Of a stretch of 24,000 bases of DNA, positions 6,575-15,293 are shown one piece after another (positions within the stretch are counted from its first letter, which is position 1; every line of letters begins with the position of its first letter). The stretch is from positions 55,572 through 79,571 of the forward strand of contig JAITSO010000002.1 in the NCBI GenBank assembly GCA_031287735.1, read 5' to 3'. Source of the DNA: Elusimicrobiota bacterium (GTDB lineage Bacteria > Elusimicrobiota > Endomicrobiia > Endomicrobiales > Endomicrobiaceae). The notes below the pieces were generated by a model. That model saw only the letters and a program-made list of their open reading frames with translations. It was not told where the DNA came from and did no database searches. Position numbers and translations under genes: made by a program.

Positions 6575-7591
6575 TTAATAAGGTATGAATTTCATTTTGT
6601 TTTCAAGCATCTCTTCTGCTGCTTCATTGCTTCCTAAAAAAGCAGCTTTTTGAATGTATTCTTTGTACAAACTTTCTTTGCCTATGTGTTTATAAGACAT
6701 TGCTAATATAAAGTTTGCCTTTTCACTCAAAGAGCTGACTTCAACTGCTTTTGCCGCCCAATCTTTTGATTGCACAAAATCTTTTTTGTCATAGTAGAAA
6801 GTTGCTATATTAAGATAAGCTGGGAGGTAAGTTTTATCTACTGCAATAGCTTTTTTGTAATTGGCTAATGCCTCTTCTTCGTTTTCTAATTTTAAATAGA
6901 CTTCTCCGATACTTAAATAATTTCCGGCGAAAGTTTCGCCGTTTTCCTGGGCTTTTTCATAATTATGTAAAGCACTTCTGTATCTTTCTTCTTCCATAAA
7001 AGTGTTGCCTATTAAATGATAGAATCCCGACATATTGAATTTTCCTGTAAAAATAGCTCTTCGGTATATATTTCTAGCATTTTCCAAATCCCCGGCTTTT
7101 CTAAAACACGAGCCGATGAGTAAATAATAATTTTCATCATTAGGGTTTAATTGGATAGCTTTTTGGAGGTGATTGACAGCTTCTAAAAATAAGCTTTTTT
7201 TGCCTGAAGTGTCGCCTTCCTCGTACAAAGATATGGCGATGTAATAGTAATTTTTATCGTCGCTATCATCCATTTCAGCTGCTAAAGAATAATATTTTTG
7301 AGCAGCAGAAAAATTTTCAACTTTCAGCAATGAGTGAGCGTAGTTTTTGACAATTCCAATATCCAAATCTTTCTCATCAAAGTTAACTAACCTGTCAAAA
7401 TATCTAATAGCGTCGTTGTAGTTGCCAAGATCATAGTTTTTGTAGGCTTTTTTAATAAATTTTTCATAAGTCATATTTGAATTATTAACGTGGTATGCTG
7501 CAGCTGCTAAAATAATGTATATGGCTGTAATCGCAATGCTGACTTTTAAATTCTTGCAAGAAAATTCAAAAATATCCTTATTTTTCTTCAT
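6575..7591 (-). CDS. Membrane-anchored tetratricopeptide-repeat (TPR) protein
   Basis: 338-aa ORF with an N-terminal hydrophobic segment VSIAITAIYIILAAAAY. Multiple 34-aa TPR-like units follow, for example YYLLIGSCFRKAGDLENARNIYRRAI and NYLSIGEVYLKLENEEEALANYKKAIAVD. Its ATG overlaps the upstream stop as ATGA at 7588-7591. Confidence 0.85.
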   Translation of the reverse strand: MKKNKDIFEFSCKNLKVSIAITAIYIILAAAAYHVNNSNMTYEKFIKKAYKNYDLGNYNDAIRYFDRLVNFDEKDLDIGIVKNYAHSLLKVENFSAAQKYYSLAAEMDDSDDKNYYYIAISLYEEGDTSGKKSLFLEAVNHLQKAIQLNPNDENYYLLIGSCFRKAGDLENARNIYRRAIFTGKFNMSGFYHLIGNTFMEEERYRSALHNYEKAQENGETFAGNYLSIGEVYLKLENEEEALANYKKAIAVDKTYLPAYLNIATFYYDKKDFVQSKDWAAKAVEVSSLSEKANFILAMSYKHIGKESLYKEYIQKAAFLGSNEAAEEMLENKMKFIPY

Positions 7592-9126
7592 TTCATTATA
7601 ATCCCTGTTTTTGCAGTTGAAGTTTTCTTGAAACCTTTTGATTTTAGCTTTTCAGTCACAAAAGTGGCACTTTGTACGGTAGAATGAATTATGAAAATTT
7701 TGGAATTTTCATCTTGTTTTGAAAGCCATTTTTCAAGAGACGCAAAATCCGCATGGTCTGAAAAAACATCATATTTTTTGATTTTTGCTAAAGAATAGAA
7801 ATTTTTGAATGGCTGCTTGTTTTCCAAAAGAAGACCTGCAGGACTTTCAGGAGCTACATAATTTACAATCATCACAAAGACGTTTTGCAGTGACAATATT
7901 TCAGTTGCAAGTTGTGCTGATTTTCCAAGGCTCATATCTCCATTTGAAGAAATTAAAATCAGAGGAGCTTTTAAAGCTTTCTTTTTTATATCTCTAAACT
8001 TTACGTTTTCAGGAATTATTGCTCCTTTTTCATAAACCTCTTTTAAAAACCATCCATCTTTTTTGTCTTTGATTTGGTTATCGTATATTTTTGTTATGAT
8101 ATTAGCACTTGGGGAAACAGAATATATTGGAATTTCTTTTGAAAGTGCACCTTCATCTTGCAGTAGCTTAAGTTCGTATAAAACTTTTTGAGTTCTATTA
8201 AAAGATAAAGCTGGGATCCAAACAATTTTATTTGCATCAACCGCATCAAGTAAGTCTTTCCTGAAAATATTATATTGCTCGAAGCTGATTTTTCCCCTTG
8301 CACCATAGGTCGCTTCCATAAAAATCAAATCAGCTTTTTGAGGAATTTCAAATTTTCCGGTAAGTCTTGAGTATCCGCTTGATAAGTCTCCTGAAAACAA
8401 AATTTTTTTACCGCTGCTTGTGAAAATAAAGCTTGTAGAACCTGGTATATGACCAGCATTTATTGCTTTAACTGAAAAATCGGCTGAAATTTTCGTTTCT
8501 TTATCATATTCTATAGTTTCAAAAAATTTTTCTATCTCTGCTGACGATTGCTTGCAGCATTTTTTGCACAGAATAAAATCAACTCTTTTTTTCTTTTTAA
8601 TGTCTTTTAAAAGACCGCTTGCGTATTCTATAGATTTTATTGTGTCCCTGCAGCTTTGTGTCCAATGAATCGCTACCGATTTCTTATTTGCAATACCGTT
8701 TTCTTTTCTCCTTTTTGACCAAAACCATTCTCTATCTATGAGGTCAAAGCCGTTTCTATTTTTAAAAAGGGATAAAGCTAAAATTTTTGTAGCGTCTGTG
8801 GAGTAAATTTTACCTTTGAAGCCTTTGTGTATTAAGAGAGGAATTTTGGCGCAATGATCTAAATGAGCGTGCGTCAAAAACAAAGCTTTTGCAGATAAAA
8901 GCTTTGTGTCAACTTGGTAATTCTTATCTTGTTCGCTTTCAGATCCAATAAACATACCACAATCTATTATAAAATTTTCGTAATCAGTTTTTAGCAAAAA
9001 GCAACTGCCCGAAACCACTTGAGCAGCTCCATAAGCTTCTACCGAAATTTCTGACAAAGCATAAGCTCTGACAAAAATTAAGCATGCAAAAAGACATAAA
9101 AATTTTTTTGTTCTATTTGCTTTCAT
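7588..9126 (-). CDS. Exported metallo-beta-lactamase fold protein of the beta-CASP type (nuclease-like), with an N-terminal signal peptide
   Basis: This is track ORF 7588-9141, which opens with TTG. I prefer ATG at 9126, which has GGAGG 8 nt upstream. The N-terminus MKANRTKKFLCLFACLIFVRAYALSE looks like a Sec signal. MBL motifs are IIDCGMF, THAHLDHC (HxHxDH), NAGHIPGS and LFSGDLS. Beta-CASP-like motifs are FMEATYG and a C-terminal SDHADFASL. Confidence 0.8.
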   Translation of the reverse strand: MKANRTKKFLCLFACLIFVRAYALSEISVEAYGAAQVVSGSCFLLKTDYENFIIDCGMFIGSESEQDKNYQVDTKLLSAKALFLTHAHLDHCAKIPLLIHKGFKGKIYSTDATKILALSLFKNRNGFDLIDREWFWSKRRKENGIANKKSVAIHWTQSCRDTIKSIEYASGLLKDIKKKKRVDFILCKKCCKQSSAEIEKFFETIEYDKETKISADFSVKAINAGHIPGSTSFIFTSSGKKILFSGDLSSGYSRLTGKFEIPQKADLIFMEATYGARGKISFEQYNIFRKDLLDAVDANKIVWIPALSFNRTQKVLYELKLLQDEGALSKEIPIYSVSPSANIITKIYDNQIKDKKDGWFLKEVYEKGAIIPENVKFRDIKKKALKAPLILISSNGDMSLGKSAQLATEILSLQNVFVMIVNYVAPESPAGLLLENKQPFKNFYSLAKIKKYDVFSDHADFASLEKWLSKQDENSKIFIIHSTVQSATFVTEKLKSKGFKKTSTAKTGIIMK

Positions 9127-9841
9127 CTTCCAGTCCTCCAAACCGGCGTTCTCTTTTTTTAAATTCTTCTATTGCAAATTTTAAGTCTTCCTCTGTAAAT
9201 TCCGGCCAAAACTTTGGTGTTATATGAATTTCAGCATACGCGATTTGCCATAAGAGAAAGTTTGACAAACGCAACTGGCCAGAAGTGCGGATAACTAAAT
9301 CTGGATCCGGCTGGTTTTTGGTGTACAAAAAAGATGAAACAACCGCTTCTGATGGGTTTTTTATTCCTTTCTGCTGCATTTGGGTAAAAGCTGAAATAAG
9401 CTCTTGCCTTGCACCGTAATTCAGGGCTATGTTTAGCTGCAATCCTTTGTTTTTAGATGTGGTTTTGCAGGCATTTGAAACTTCAGAAATTGTTTTTGGA
9501 GGAAATTTAGATAAGTCGCCTAGAATCCTTAATTTAATGCCTTTTTCGTTTAACTCTTTCAATTCTTTGCTTATGAATTTGCTCAATAAAGCAAGCAGTC
9601 CTTTTATTTCACTTTCGGGTCTTTTCCAATTCTCAGATGAAAAAGCATAAAGAGTCAAAACTTCAATTCCAAGCGAACCTGCTGCTTGTACAATTTTTTT
9701 GACAGTTTTGACTCCTTGTCTGTGCCCAAATATTCTTGGTAAATTTCGCATTTTTGCCCATCTGCCATTGCCGTCCATTATAATAGCGATGTGGCGTGGT
9801 AGCAAAATCACTATTTTTGAGAAATAGCACCTGTGGGACAA
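9113..9841 (-). CDS. uppS: Undecaprenyl-diphosphate synthase (cis-isoprenyl transferase)
   Basis: Contains HIAIIMDGNGRWA, FGHRQG, LTLYAFSSENWKRP, RTSGQLRLSNFLLWQIAYAE and other segments diagnostic of UppS. The longest ORF starts with TTG at 9841 and would overlap the ferredoxin gene by 31 nt. An alternative GTG at 9811 overlaps the ferredoxin stop (ATAGTG) and may be the true start. The stop at 9113 overlaps the next gene by 14 nt. Confidence 0.92.
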   Translation of the reverse strand: MSHRCYFSKIVILLPRHIAIIMDGNGRWAKMRNLPRIFGHRQGVKTVKKIVQAAGSLGIEVLTLYAFSSENWKRPESEIKGLLALLSKFISKELKELNEKGIKLRILGDLSKFPPKTISEVSNACKTTSKNKGLQLNIALNYGARQELISAFTQMQQKGIKNPSEAVVSSFLYTKNQPDPDLVIRTSGQLRLSNFLLWQIAYAEIHITPKFWPEFTEEDLKFAIEEFKKRERRFGGLEDESK

Positions 9842-9984
9842 GAACTTTCACATGCTCCACAACTCACACAAGTGTCTTCTTTAACTTCGTATTTGTCATC
9901 TTTTGGGTCAATAGCAGAAACTGGACAATTAGCAGCACAAGCGCCGCACCCCACGCAAACGTTTACATCAATTTGATAAGCCAT
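9811..9984 (-). CDS. Small 2x[4Fe-4S] clostridial-type ferredoxin, 57 aa; not in the supplied ORF track
   Basis: My own translation from ATG at 9984-9982 (AGGAGG 5 nt upstream) gives MAYQIDVNVCVGCGACAANCPVSAIDPKDDKYEVKEDTCVSCGACESSCPTGAISQK*. It carries two CxxCxxCxxxCP cluster motifs. The stop TAG is at 9813-9811. Confidence 0.85.
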   Translation of the reverse strand: MAYQIDVNVCVGCGACAANCPVSAIDPKDDKYEVKEDTCVSCGACESSCPTGAISQK

Positions 9985-10019
9985 AAAAACCTCCTAAAAA
10001 TTTATTTTACAACTGGCAA

Positions 10020-10048
10020 ATTGTAACAAAAACTTTACGTTACGTAAA
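10020..10048 (-). promoter_or_regulatory. Sigma70-like promoter candidate for the ferredoxin-uppS operon, with its -35 embedded in the palindrome TTTACGT-T-ACGTAAA (10035-10049)
   Basis: The minus strand reads TTTACG (10048-10043), a 17-nt spacer, then TACAAT (10025-10020), about 35 nt upstream of the ferredoxin ATG. The 7-1-7 palindrome overlaps the -35 element. Confidence 0.3.
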
Positions 10049-10361
10049 ACGCCCGATGCCAAAATGAATTGGACTTATAGCAAAACATTCCAAAATTTCT
10101 TAAAAATTTATGAAGCTGCTACTTAGCTTAATACCCTTTAAAGTTCTTGTTTTGTTGTGGGAAAAATCGAAAAACTACAGTCTTTTTATCTTAATAATAG
10201 CGTTTGTTCGTCATCAGATGAATTAGTCGTTTTACTTGTTCCACATATTTCAGATCAGCTCTTAATTAAAAACTAACATAATATTTATTTTATCCTAACT
10301 TGTTTTTTTTATACTTCAACCGCAGTGTTGCAAAACTGCAAAGACAATATAGGAGGGGAAA

Positions 10362-11630
10362 ATGCAAAAAGTTTTAATGTTAATTGCTGTGATGTTGTTG
10401 AGTGTTTTTTCAGTTTTTGCTGGAGAAGTTGACAAACTTACTTCTATTCTTGCCGATAAGGGCATTATTTCTTATGGAGAAGCTCAAAGAATTATTTCAG
10501 AAACTAAAGAAGACTCTCGTCAACAAACAGCAAGCGGAACCAATGAAGTTTTGCCAAAATGGATTCAAAACCTTACTTTTAAAGGTGATATAAGAATAAG
10601 ACACCAAGTTGATTGGGATAATTCCAAAGGTGCAACAGCCCATACAAGGCAGAGAGAAAGATTGAGGCTTCGTTTTGGTTTTGAGACGAGACCAATTGAA
10701 AACCTTAAAACGGCTTTTGGTCTTGCAAGCGGGGCTTTTGCCGGCAATGGAGACAAATCGTCCACTTCCACAAATCACACATTTCAAGCTTTTGATAAAG
10801 CACCTATATTTATAGATTACGCTTATATTCAATATGAATTTATGGATTATTTTAAATTGACCGGCGGTAAAATGAAAAGTGGGACTCAGGTTTGGAATCC
10901 CTCAGATTTAATTTGGGATACAGATATAAATCCCGACGGATTTGCTTTAAATTTTAACAGAACATTAAATTCAAAATTAAAAGTTTTTGCAAATGCAAGC
11001 TGGCTGATTTTAAACGAAGTAAATGATAACACTAGCGGCTCAATGCCTGATGTCTATTCCATTCAGCCAGGAATTTCATTTGAAACGGGAAATGTAAAAA
11101 TAAAAGCGGCTTTATCGTATCAGCAATTTAACATGAAAGGAAGAACAATATATTCAAATGAAGACAAGTACCTGATAACAACAAAAACTACAGGTACCGG
11201 CGACAGCAACTACCAAATATTAAATCCGAGTCTTGAAATTAAATTATCAAATGTCATAGAAAATTTATCAATATCGTTATTTAGCGACTATGTTCAAAAT
11301 CTTTATGACAAGGTTTATAAAAATAACCTTGGCGGCTATCTTTTTGGAATTGGTTTTGGAAATGAGAAACTTGAGAAATTTGGAGCTTGGCAAATTAAAT
11401 TTATGCACCGATATTTAGAAAGAAATGCGATACCGCTGGGACTTGGAGATTCAGATGCATACGGTGGTGCCGGAAATGCTCAAGGACAAGAAGTAATTTT
11501 TAATTTTGGTCTTGCGAAAAATCTTTATTTCGGCGTTGATTATTATTCAATGGAACAAATTGAAGCTGTAAATGGAAAGTCAAAAGTTCCAAAAAGCGTC
11601 GTTCAGTTGGATTTAAATTATAAGTTTTAA
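10362..11630 (+). CDS. Outer-membrane beta-barrel porin, probably phosphate-selective (OprO/P-like) given its linkage to pstSCAB
   Basis: GGAGG lies upstream of the ATG. The signal peptide is MQKVLMLIAVMLLSVFSVFAGE. An N-terminal LADKGIISYGEAQRII helix is followed by alternating amphipathic strands rich in Y/G/N. The C-terminus LDLNYKF ends in Phe, a typical OMP signature. The gene sits directly upstream of pstS. Confidence 0.7.
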   Translation: MQKVLMLIAVMLLSVFSVFAGEVDKLTSILADKGIISYGEAQRIISETKEDSRQQTASGTNEVLPKWIQNLTFKGDIRIRHQVDWDNSKGATAHTRQRERLRLRFGFETRPIENLKTAFGLASGAFAGNGDKSSTSTNHTFQAFDKAPIFIDYAYIQYEFMDYFKLTGGKMKSGTQVWNPSDLIWDTDINPDGFALNFNRTLNSKLKVFANASWLILNEVNDNTSGSMPDVYSIQPGISFETGNVKIKAALSYQQFNMKGRTIYSNEDKYLITTKTTGTGDSNYQILNPSLEIKLSNVIENLSISLFSDYVQNLYDKVYKNNLGGYLFGIGFGNEKLEKFGAWQIKFMHRYLERNAIPLGLGDSDAYGGAGNAQGQEVIFNFGLAKNLYFGVDYYSMEQIEAVNGKSKVPKSVVQLDLNYKF

Positions 11631-11698
11631 TGCTTTAATAAAGAGTAAAAACTGCACAAGGATTGCAAAAAATCAAAGAAAGAAAGGAGTGTTTAGTC

Positions 11699-12502
11699 AT
11701 GAAAAAATTATTTATGAGTTTGTTGTTTATTGGAATTTTTGTAAACAGCACATTTGCCGAGAAAATTATTATGGAAGGTTCTACTACAGTATTGCCGGCA
11801 GCACAAAGAGCAGCAGAAACTTATATGGACAAAAATTCGTCAGCTGATATAACTGTCAGAGGCGGCGGATCAGGCGTTGGAATAAATTCTCTCATAAGCG
11901 GTACCTGCGACATTGCAAATTCATCAAGACAAATAAAAGATTCTGAATTGCAACTGTCGGTCTCAAAAAACAAAAGTCCTAAAAGTTTTGTTATAGCAAT
12001 GGACGGCATAGCTGTAATTGTAAATAATTCTAACAATATATCCACTTTGTCAAAACAGCAAGTGGAAGATATTTATACAGGTAAAGTAACAAATTGGTCG
12101 CAGGTTGGGGGAAAAGATTTAAAAATAGTTGTTGTTTCAAGAGATTCGGCTAGCGGAACTTTTGAAAGTTTTGGCGAACTTGCATTGAATAAGAAAAAAG
12201 TTGTAAATGCCGCTTTAATGCAAGCTTCAAACCGTGCTGTTGTAACATTGATTTCTGAAACTCCGGGAGCTATAGGCTATGTTGGAATAGGCTATTTAAA
12301 TTCCCAAACTAAAGTTTTATCTATAGATGGAGTTAAACCAAGTAAAGAGAACGTTTTAAAAAATAAGTACCCTTATTCAAGACCGCTTTTTATGCTCACT
12401 AATGGCGACCCCAAAGGCGAAATAAAAAAGTTTATTGATTTTGTTTTAAGTACTGACGGGCAGGATTTAATAGAAGAAGAAGGCTTTGTTCCTCTAAAAT
12501 AA
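11699..12502 (+). CDS. pstS: Phosphate ABC transporter substrate-binding protein
   Basis: This is track ORF 11663-12502. I prefer ATG at 11699, which has AAGGAG 9 nt upstream. The signal peptide is MKKLFMSLLFIGIFVNSTFA. Family motifs GSTTVLP, VRGGGSGVGI, SRDSASGT, GAIGYVGIGY and YPYSRPLFM are typical of PstS/PBP-like proteins. Confidence 0.9.
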   Translation: MKKLFMSLLFIGIFVNSTFAEKIIMEGSTTVLPAAQRAAETYMDKNSSADITVRGGGSGVGINSLISGTCDIANSSRQIKDSELQLSVSKNKSPKSFVIAMDGIAVIVNNSNNISTLSKQQVEDIYTGKVTNWSQVGGKDLKIVVVSRDSASGTFESFGELALNKKKVVNAALMQASNRAVVTLISETPGAIGYVGIGYLNSQTKVLSIDGVKPSKENVLKNKYPYSRPLFMLTNGDPKGEIKKFIDFVLSTDGQDLIEEEGFVPLK

Positions 12503-12512
12503 AAGGGTTTTC

Positions 12513-13397
12513 ATGTATAGCTTTAAAGAAAAGTCAATAAAAATAATTTTTACTATTTTAGCTTTCGTTTCTTTGTTTTTTTTACTTGGAATAATTTTTG
12601 TTTTATTTAAAGAAAGTGTCCCTGTAATATCTGAAATAAACCTTATAAAATTTTTATTTGGGAAATATTGGTACCCTACTCACGAGCCGGCAGAATTTGG
12701 AATTTTACCTTTAATACTTGCGTCTTTTTGGGTAACTTTAGGCGCTTTAATTGTATGTGCGCCGCTTGGGATAAGCGTCGCTTTATACATAAATGAAATT
12801 GCCTCACCTAAACAAAAACAAATTTTAAAACCTCTCATAGAAATTCTTGCCGGCATTCCTTCAATAATCTTTGGATTTTTTGGAATGCTTGTCATCGCTC
12901 CTTTAATACAAAAAACTTTCAATATATCGACGGGTCTTTGCACCTTAACTGCAAGTTTAGTTTTAGGAATTATGGCAACGCCGACTGTTGCAAGTCTTTC
13001 TGAAGATGCGTTAAGTTTTGTTCCAAAAAGTTTTAAAGAAGCATCCTATGCTTTAGGTGCAAATAGATGGCAGACGCTTTTGAAAGTTGTTATCCCTGCC
13101 GCAGGTTCTGGGATTTCTACTTCGGTGATTTTAGGTATGAGCAGAATTGTTGGAGAAACTATGACAGTTTTAATGGTTTCTGGAGGTGCTGCCGTAATTC
13201 CTAAATCTTTTTTTGACCCAGTCCGCCCTATGACTTCAACGATTGCCGCTGAAATGGGTGAATCAGCTGTCGGAAGCATTCATTATCACAGTCTTTTTGC
13301 AATAGGTCTTATTTTATTTTTGACAACTTTAATTTTCAACGCCGCTGCTGAAATAATAAGCAAAAAGCATAGGCTTAAATTAGGAATTGACAGATGA
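12513..13397 (+). CDS. pstC: Phosphate ABC transporter permease
   Basis: 294-aa polytopic membrane protein with the EAA-loop region EASYALGANRWQTLLKVVIPAAGSGI, in conserved pstS-C-A-B order. Confidence 0.9.
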   Translation: MYSFKEKSIKIIFTILAFVSLFFLLGIIFVLFKESVPVISEINLIKFLFGKYWYPTHEPAEFGILPLILASFWVTLGALIVCAPLGISVALYINEIASPKQKQILKPLIEILAGIPSIIFGFFGMLVIAPLIQKTFNISTGLCTLTASLVLGIMATPTVASLSEDALSFVPKSFKEASYALGANRWQTLLKVVIPAAGSGISTSVILGMSRIVGETMTVLMVSGGAAVIPKSFFDPVRPMTSTIAAEMGESAVGSIHYHSLFAIGLILFLTTLIFNAAAEIISKKHRLKLGIDR

Positions 13398-14245
13398 AAA
13401 ATAAAATAATTGAAAAATTAGGATTTGCTTTTATAACTTTGGGAGTACTTATCTCGTTAATTTTCCTTTTTGCCATAATTTGTTTTATAGCGTCAAAAGG
13501 TTTAAAAGCAATATCATGGGAGTTTTTAACTTCGGTTCCCAAAAACGCTATGACAGCAGGTGGAATTGCACCTGCTATCGTGGGCACTTTTTATTTGACA
13601 ATAGCCGCTATAATTTTTGCTCTGCCTTTAGGTCTTGCAAGTGCAATATATTTAAACGAATATAGTCCTAAAAGTTTTGTCGTAAATGTCATAAGAATGA
13701 GTGTAAATAATCTTGCCGGCGTGCCATCTGTAATTTTTGGATTATTTGGACTTGCGGTTTTTGTTAAATTTTTAGGATTTGGCGTTTCTATTATTTCAGG
13801 CAGCTTAACTTTAGGAATTTTAATTTTGCCGGGCATAATTTCAGCTTCTCAAGAAGCACTTATGGCAGTGCCTAATTCCATAAGAGAAGCATCTTTGGCG
13901 CTTGGAGCCACAAAATGGCAAACTATAAAAAATACCGTCGTGCCTGCGGCGATTCCCGGCATAATGACAGGAGTTATTTTGAGCATTGGTCGTGCAGCCG
14001 GCGAAACCGCTCCTATTCTTTTTACCGCCGCAACTTTTTATAAAAGAGGTTATCCAGACTCTATTTTTTCAGAAGTTATGGCTTTACCATATCACATTTA
14101 CGCTTTAATGACTGAAGGAACAAAACCGGAAAAACAAATATTTATAGCTTACGGCTGCTCTTTGGTTCTTTTGGCTGCTGTTCTTTTGATATCGGCGGCA
14201 GCGATATTTTTAAGAAACAAATACAGGAGCGAATATGCCAATTGA
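13394..14245 (+). CDS. pstA: Phosphate ABC transporter permease
   Basis: ATGA overlap with pstC at 13394-13397. 283-aa membrane protein carrying [29 protein letters not shown] and [14 protein letters not shown], both typical of PstA. Confidence 0.9.
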   Translation: MKNKIIEKLGFAFITLGVLISLIFLFAIICFIASKGLKAISWEFLTSVPKNAMTAGGIAPAIVGTFYLTIAAIIFALPLGLASAIYLNEYSPKSFVVNVIRMSVNNLAGVPSVIFGLFGLAVFVKFLGFGVSIISGSLTLGILILPGIISASQEALMAVPNSIREASLALGATKWQTIKNTVVPAAIPGIMTGVILSIGRAAGETAPILFTAATFYKRGYPDSIFSEVMALPYHIYALMTEGTKPEKQIFIAYGCSLVLLAAVLLISAAAIFLRNKYRSEYAN

Positions 14246-15002
14246 AAATGATATAAGAATAAAAGCTGAGGATGTAAATTTTTATTATGGAAACACTAGA
14301 GCCATAAAAAATTTGAACATTGATTTTTACACCAATAAAGTTACTTCTTTTATAGGTCCTTCGGGTTGTGGAAAATCAACTTTTATAAGACTTTTAAATA
14401 AAATGAACGAGTTAGTTCCTAATACTAGAGTTGAGGGAAGTATTTATTTAGACGGAAAAGATATTTTGGCAAAAAAAGTTGATGTCGTTAAAATCAGGCG
14501 GAAAGTAGGCATGGTATTTCAAAAACCAAACCCATTTCCTAAAACTATTTATCAAAACATCGCTTACGGTCTTGAAATAAATGGCGAAAGAAATAAGAAA
14601 AAAATATCGGAAGATGTAGAGCAAGCTCTTATAAAAGCAGCTTTGTGGCATGAAGTTAAAGACAGACTGCACGATAACGCATTAAGACTTTCTGGTGGAC
14701 AGCAGCAAAGATTGTGCATAGCACGCTGCCTTGCTGTAAACCCAGAAGTTATACTTTTTGATGAGCCTTGTGCAAGCCTTGACCCAATTTCAACAAACAA
14801 AATTGAGGAACTAATTTTAGATTTAAAAAAGCAATACACAATAGTTATAGTAACGCACAACATGCAGCAAGCGGCCCGAGTTTCAGATTTTACCGCTTTT
14901 ATGTATCTTGGTGAACTCATAGAATTTGCACAAACAAGCAAAATTTTTACGGTTCCTAAAGAAAAACAAACTGAGAGCTACCTATCCGGCAAATTCGGAT
15001 GA
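14235..15002 (+). CDS. pstB: Phosphate ABC transporter ATP-binding protein
   Basis: AGGAG lies upstream and the gene overlaps the pstA end by 11 nt. Walker A is GPSGCGKST, the signature is [13 protein letters not shown], and Walker B is ILFDEPCSALDP-like ([12 protein letters not shown]). The PstB-typical C-terminus is [10 protein letters not shown]. Confidence 0.95.
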   Translation: MPIENDIRIKAEDVNFYYGNTRAIKNLNIDFYTNKVTSFIGPSGCGKSTFIRLLNKMNELVPNTRVEGSIYLDGKDILAKKVDVVKIRRKVGMVFQKPNPFPKTIYQNIAYGLEINGERNKKKISEDVEQALIKAALWHEVKDRLHDNALRLSGGQQQRLCIARCLAVNPEVILFDEPCASLDPISTNKIEELILDLKKQYTIVIVTHNMQQAARVSDFTAFMYLGELIEFAQTSKIFTVPKEKQTESYLSGKFG

Positions 15003-15033
15003 TTTTTAATTGTCCTCAATATTTATGCTACAC

Positions 15034-15066
15034 ACATGACACATACGCTTGTGAATGTTTTTTTTT
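15034..15066 (+). terminator. Rho-independent terminator candidate after pstB
   Basis: Interrupted stem ACAT-ga-CACA / TGTG-a-ATGT around the loop TACGCT, followed by nine T residues (15058-15066). Folded by eye. Confidence 0.4.
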
Positions 15067-15293
15067 GCAGGAATATCAAAAAAGTGGGATAAGTGACTAT
15101 GCCTTGCGACAATGGGTTTTTGCTTAATATTAGATTGCAGAAATGCTGATAACCCTGGTACAATGCGAAGGAGGATGTGAAATAAATCAACTAAACCGAG
15201 CTGGACTTTGTGGACTTTTACCTTAGGTATTTTAAAAATGGTTACAAAATACTACAATGACACGCAGTTTATTATACATACGGTAGGAAAATA

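Noticed and set aside
15168-15180. Strong SD-like AAGGAGG immediately followed by ATG-TGA (a start-stop) in the 291-bp pstB-recO spacer
   Set aside because: The spacing between GGAGG and ATG (or the following GTG) is 0-2 nt, too short for initiation. No ORF follows. No structured RNA is recognisable by eye in 15003-15293.
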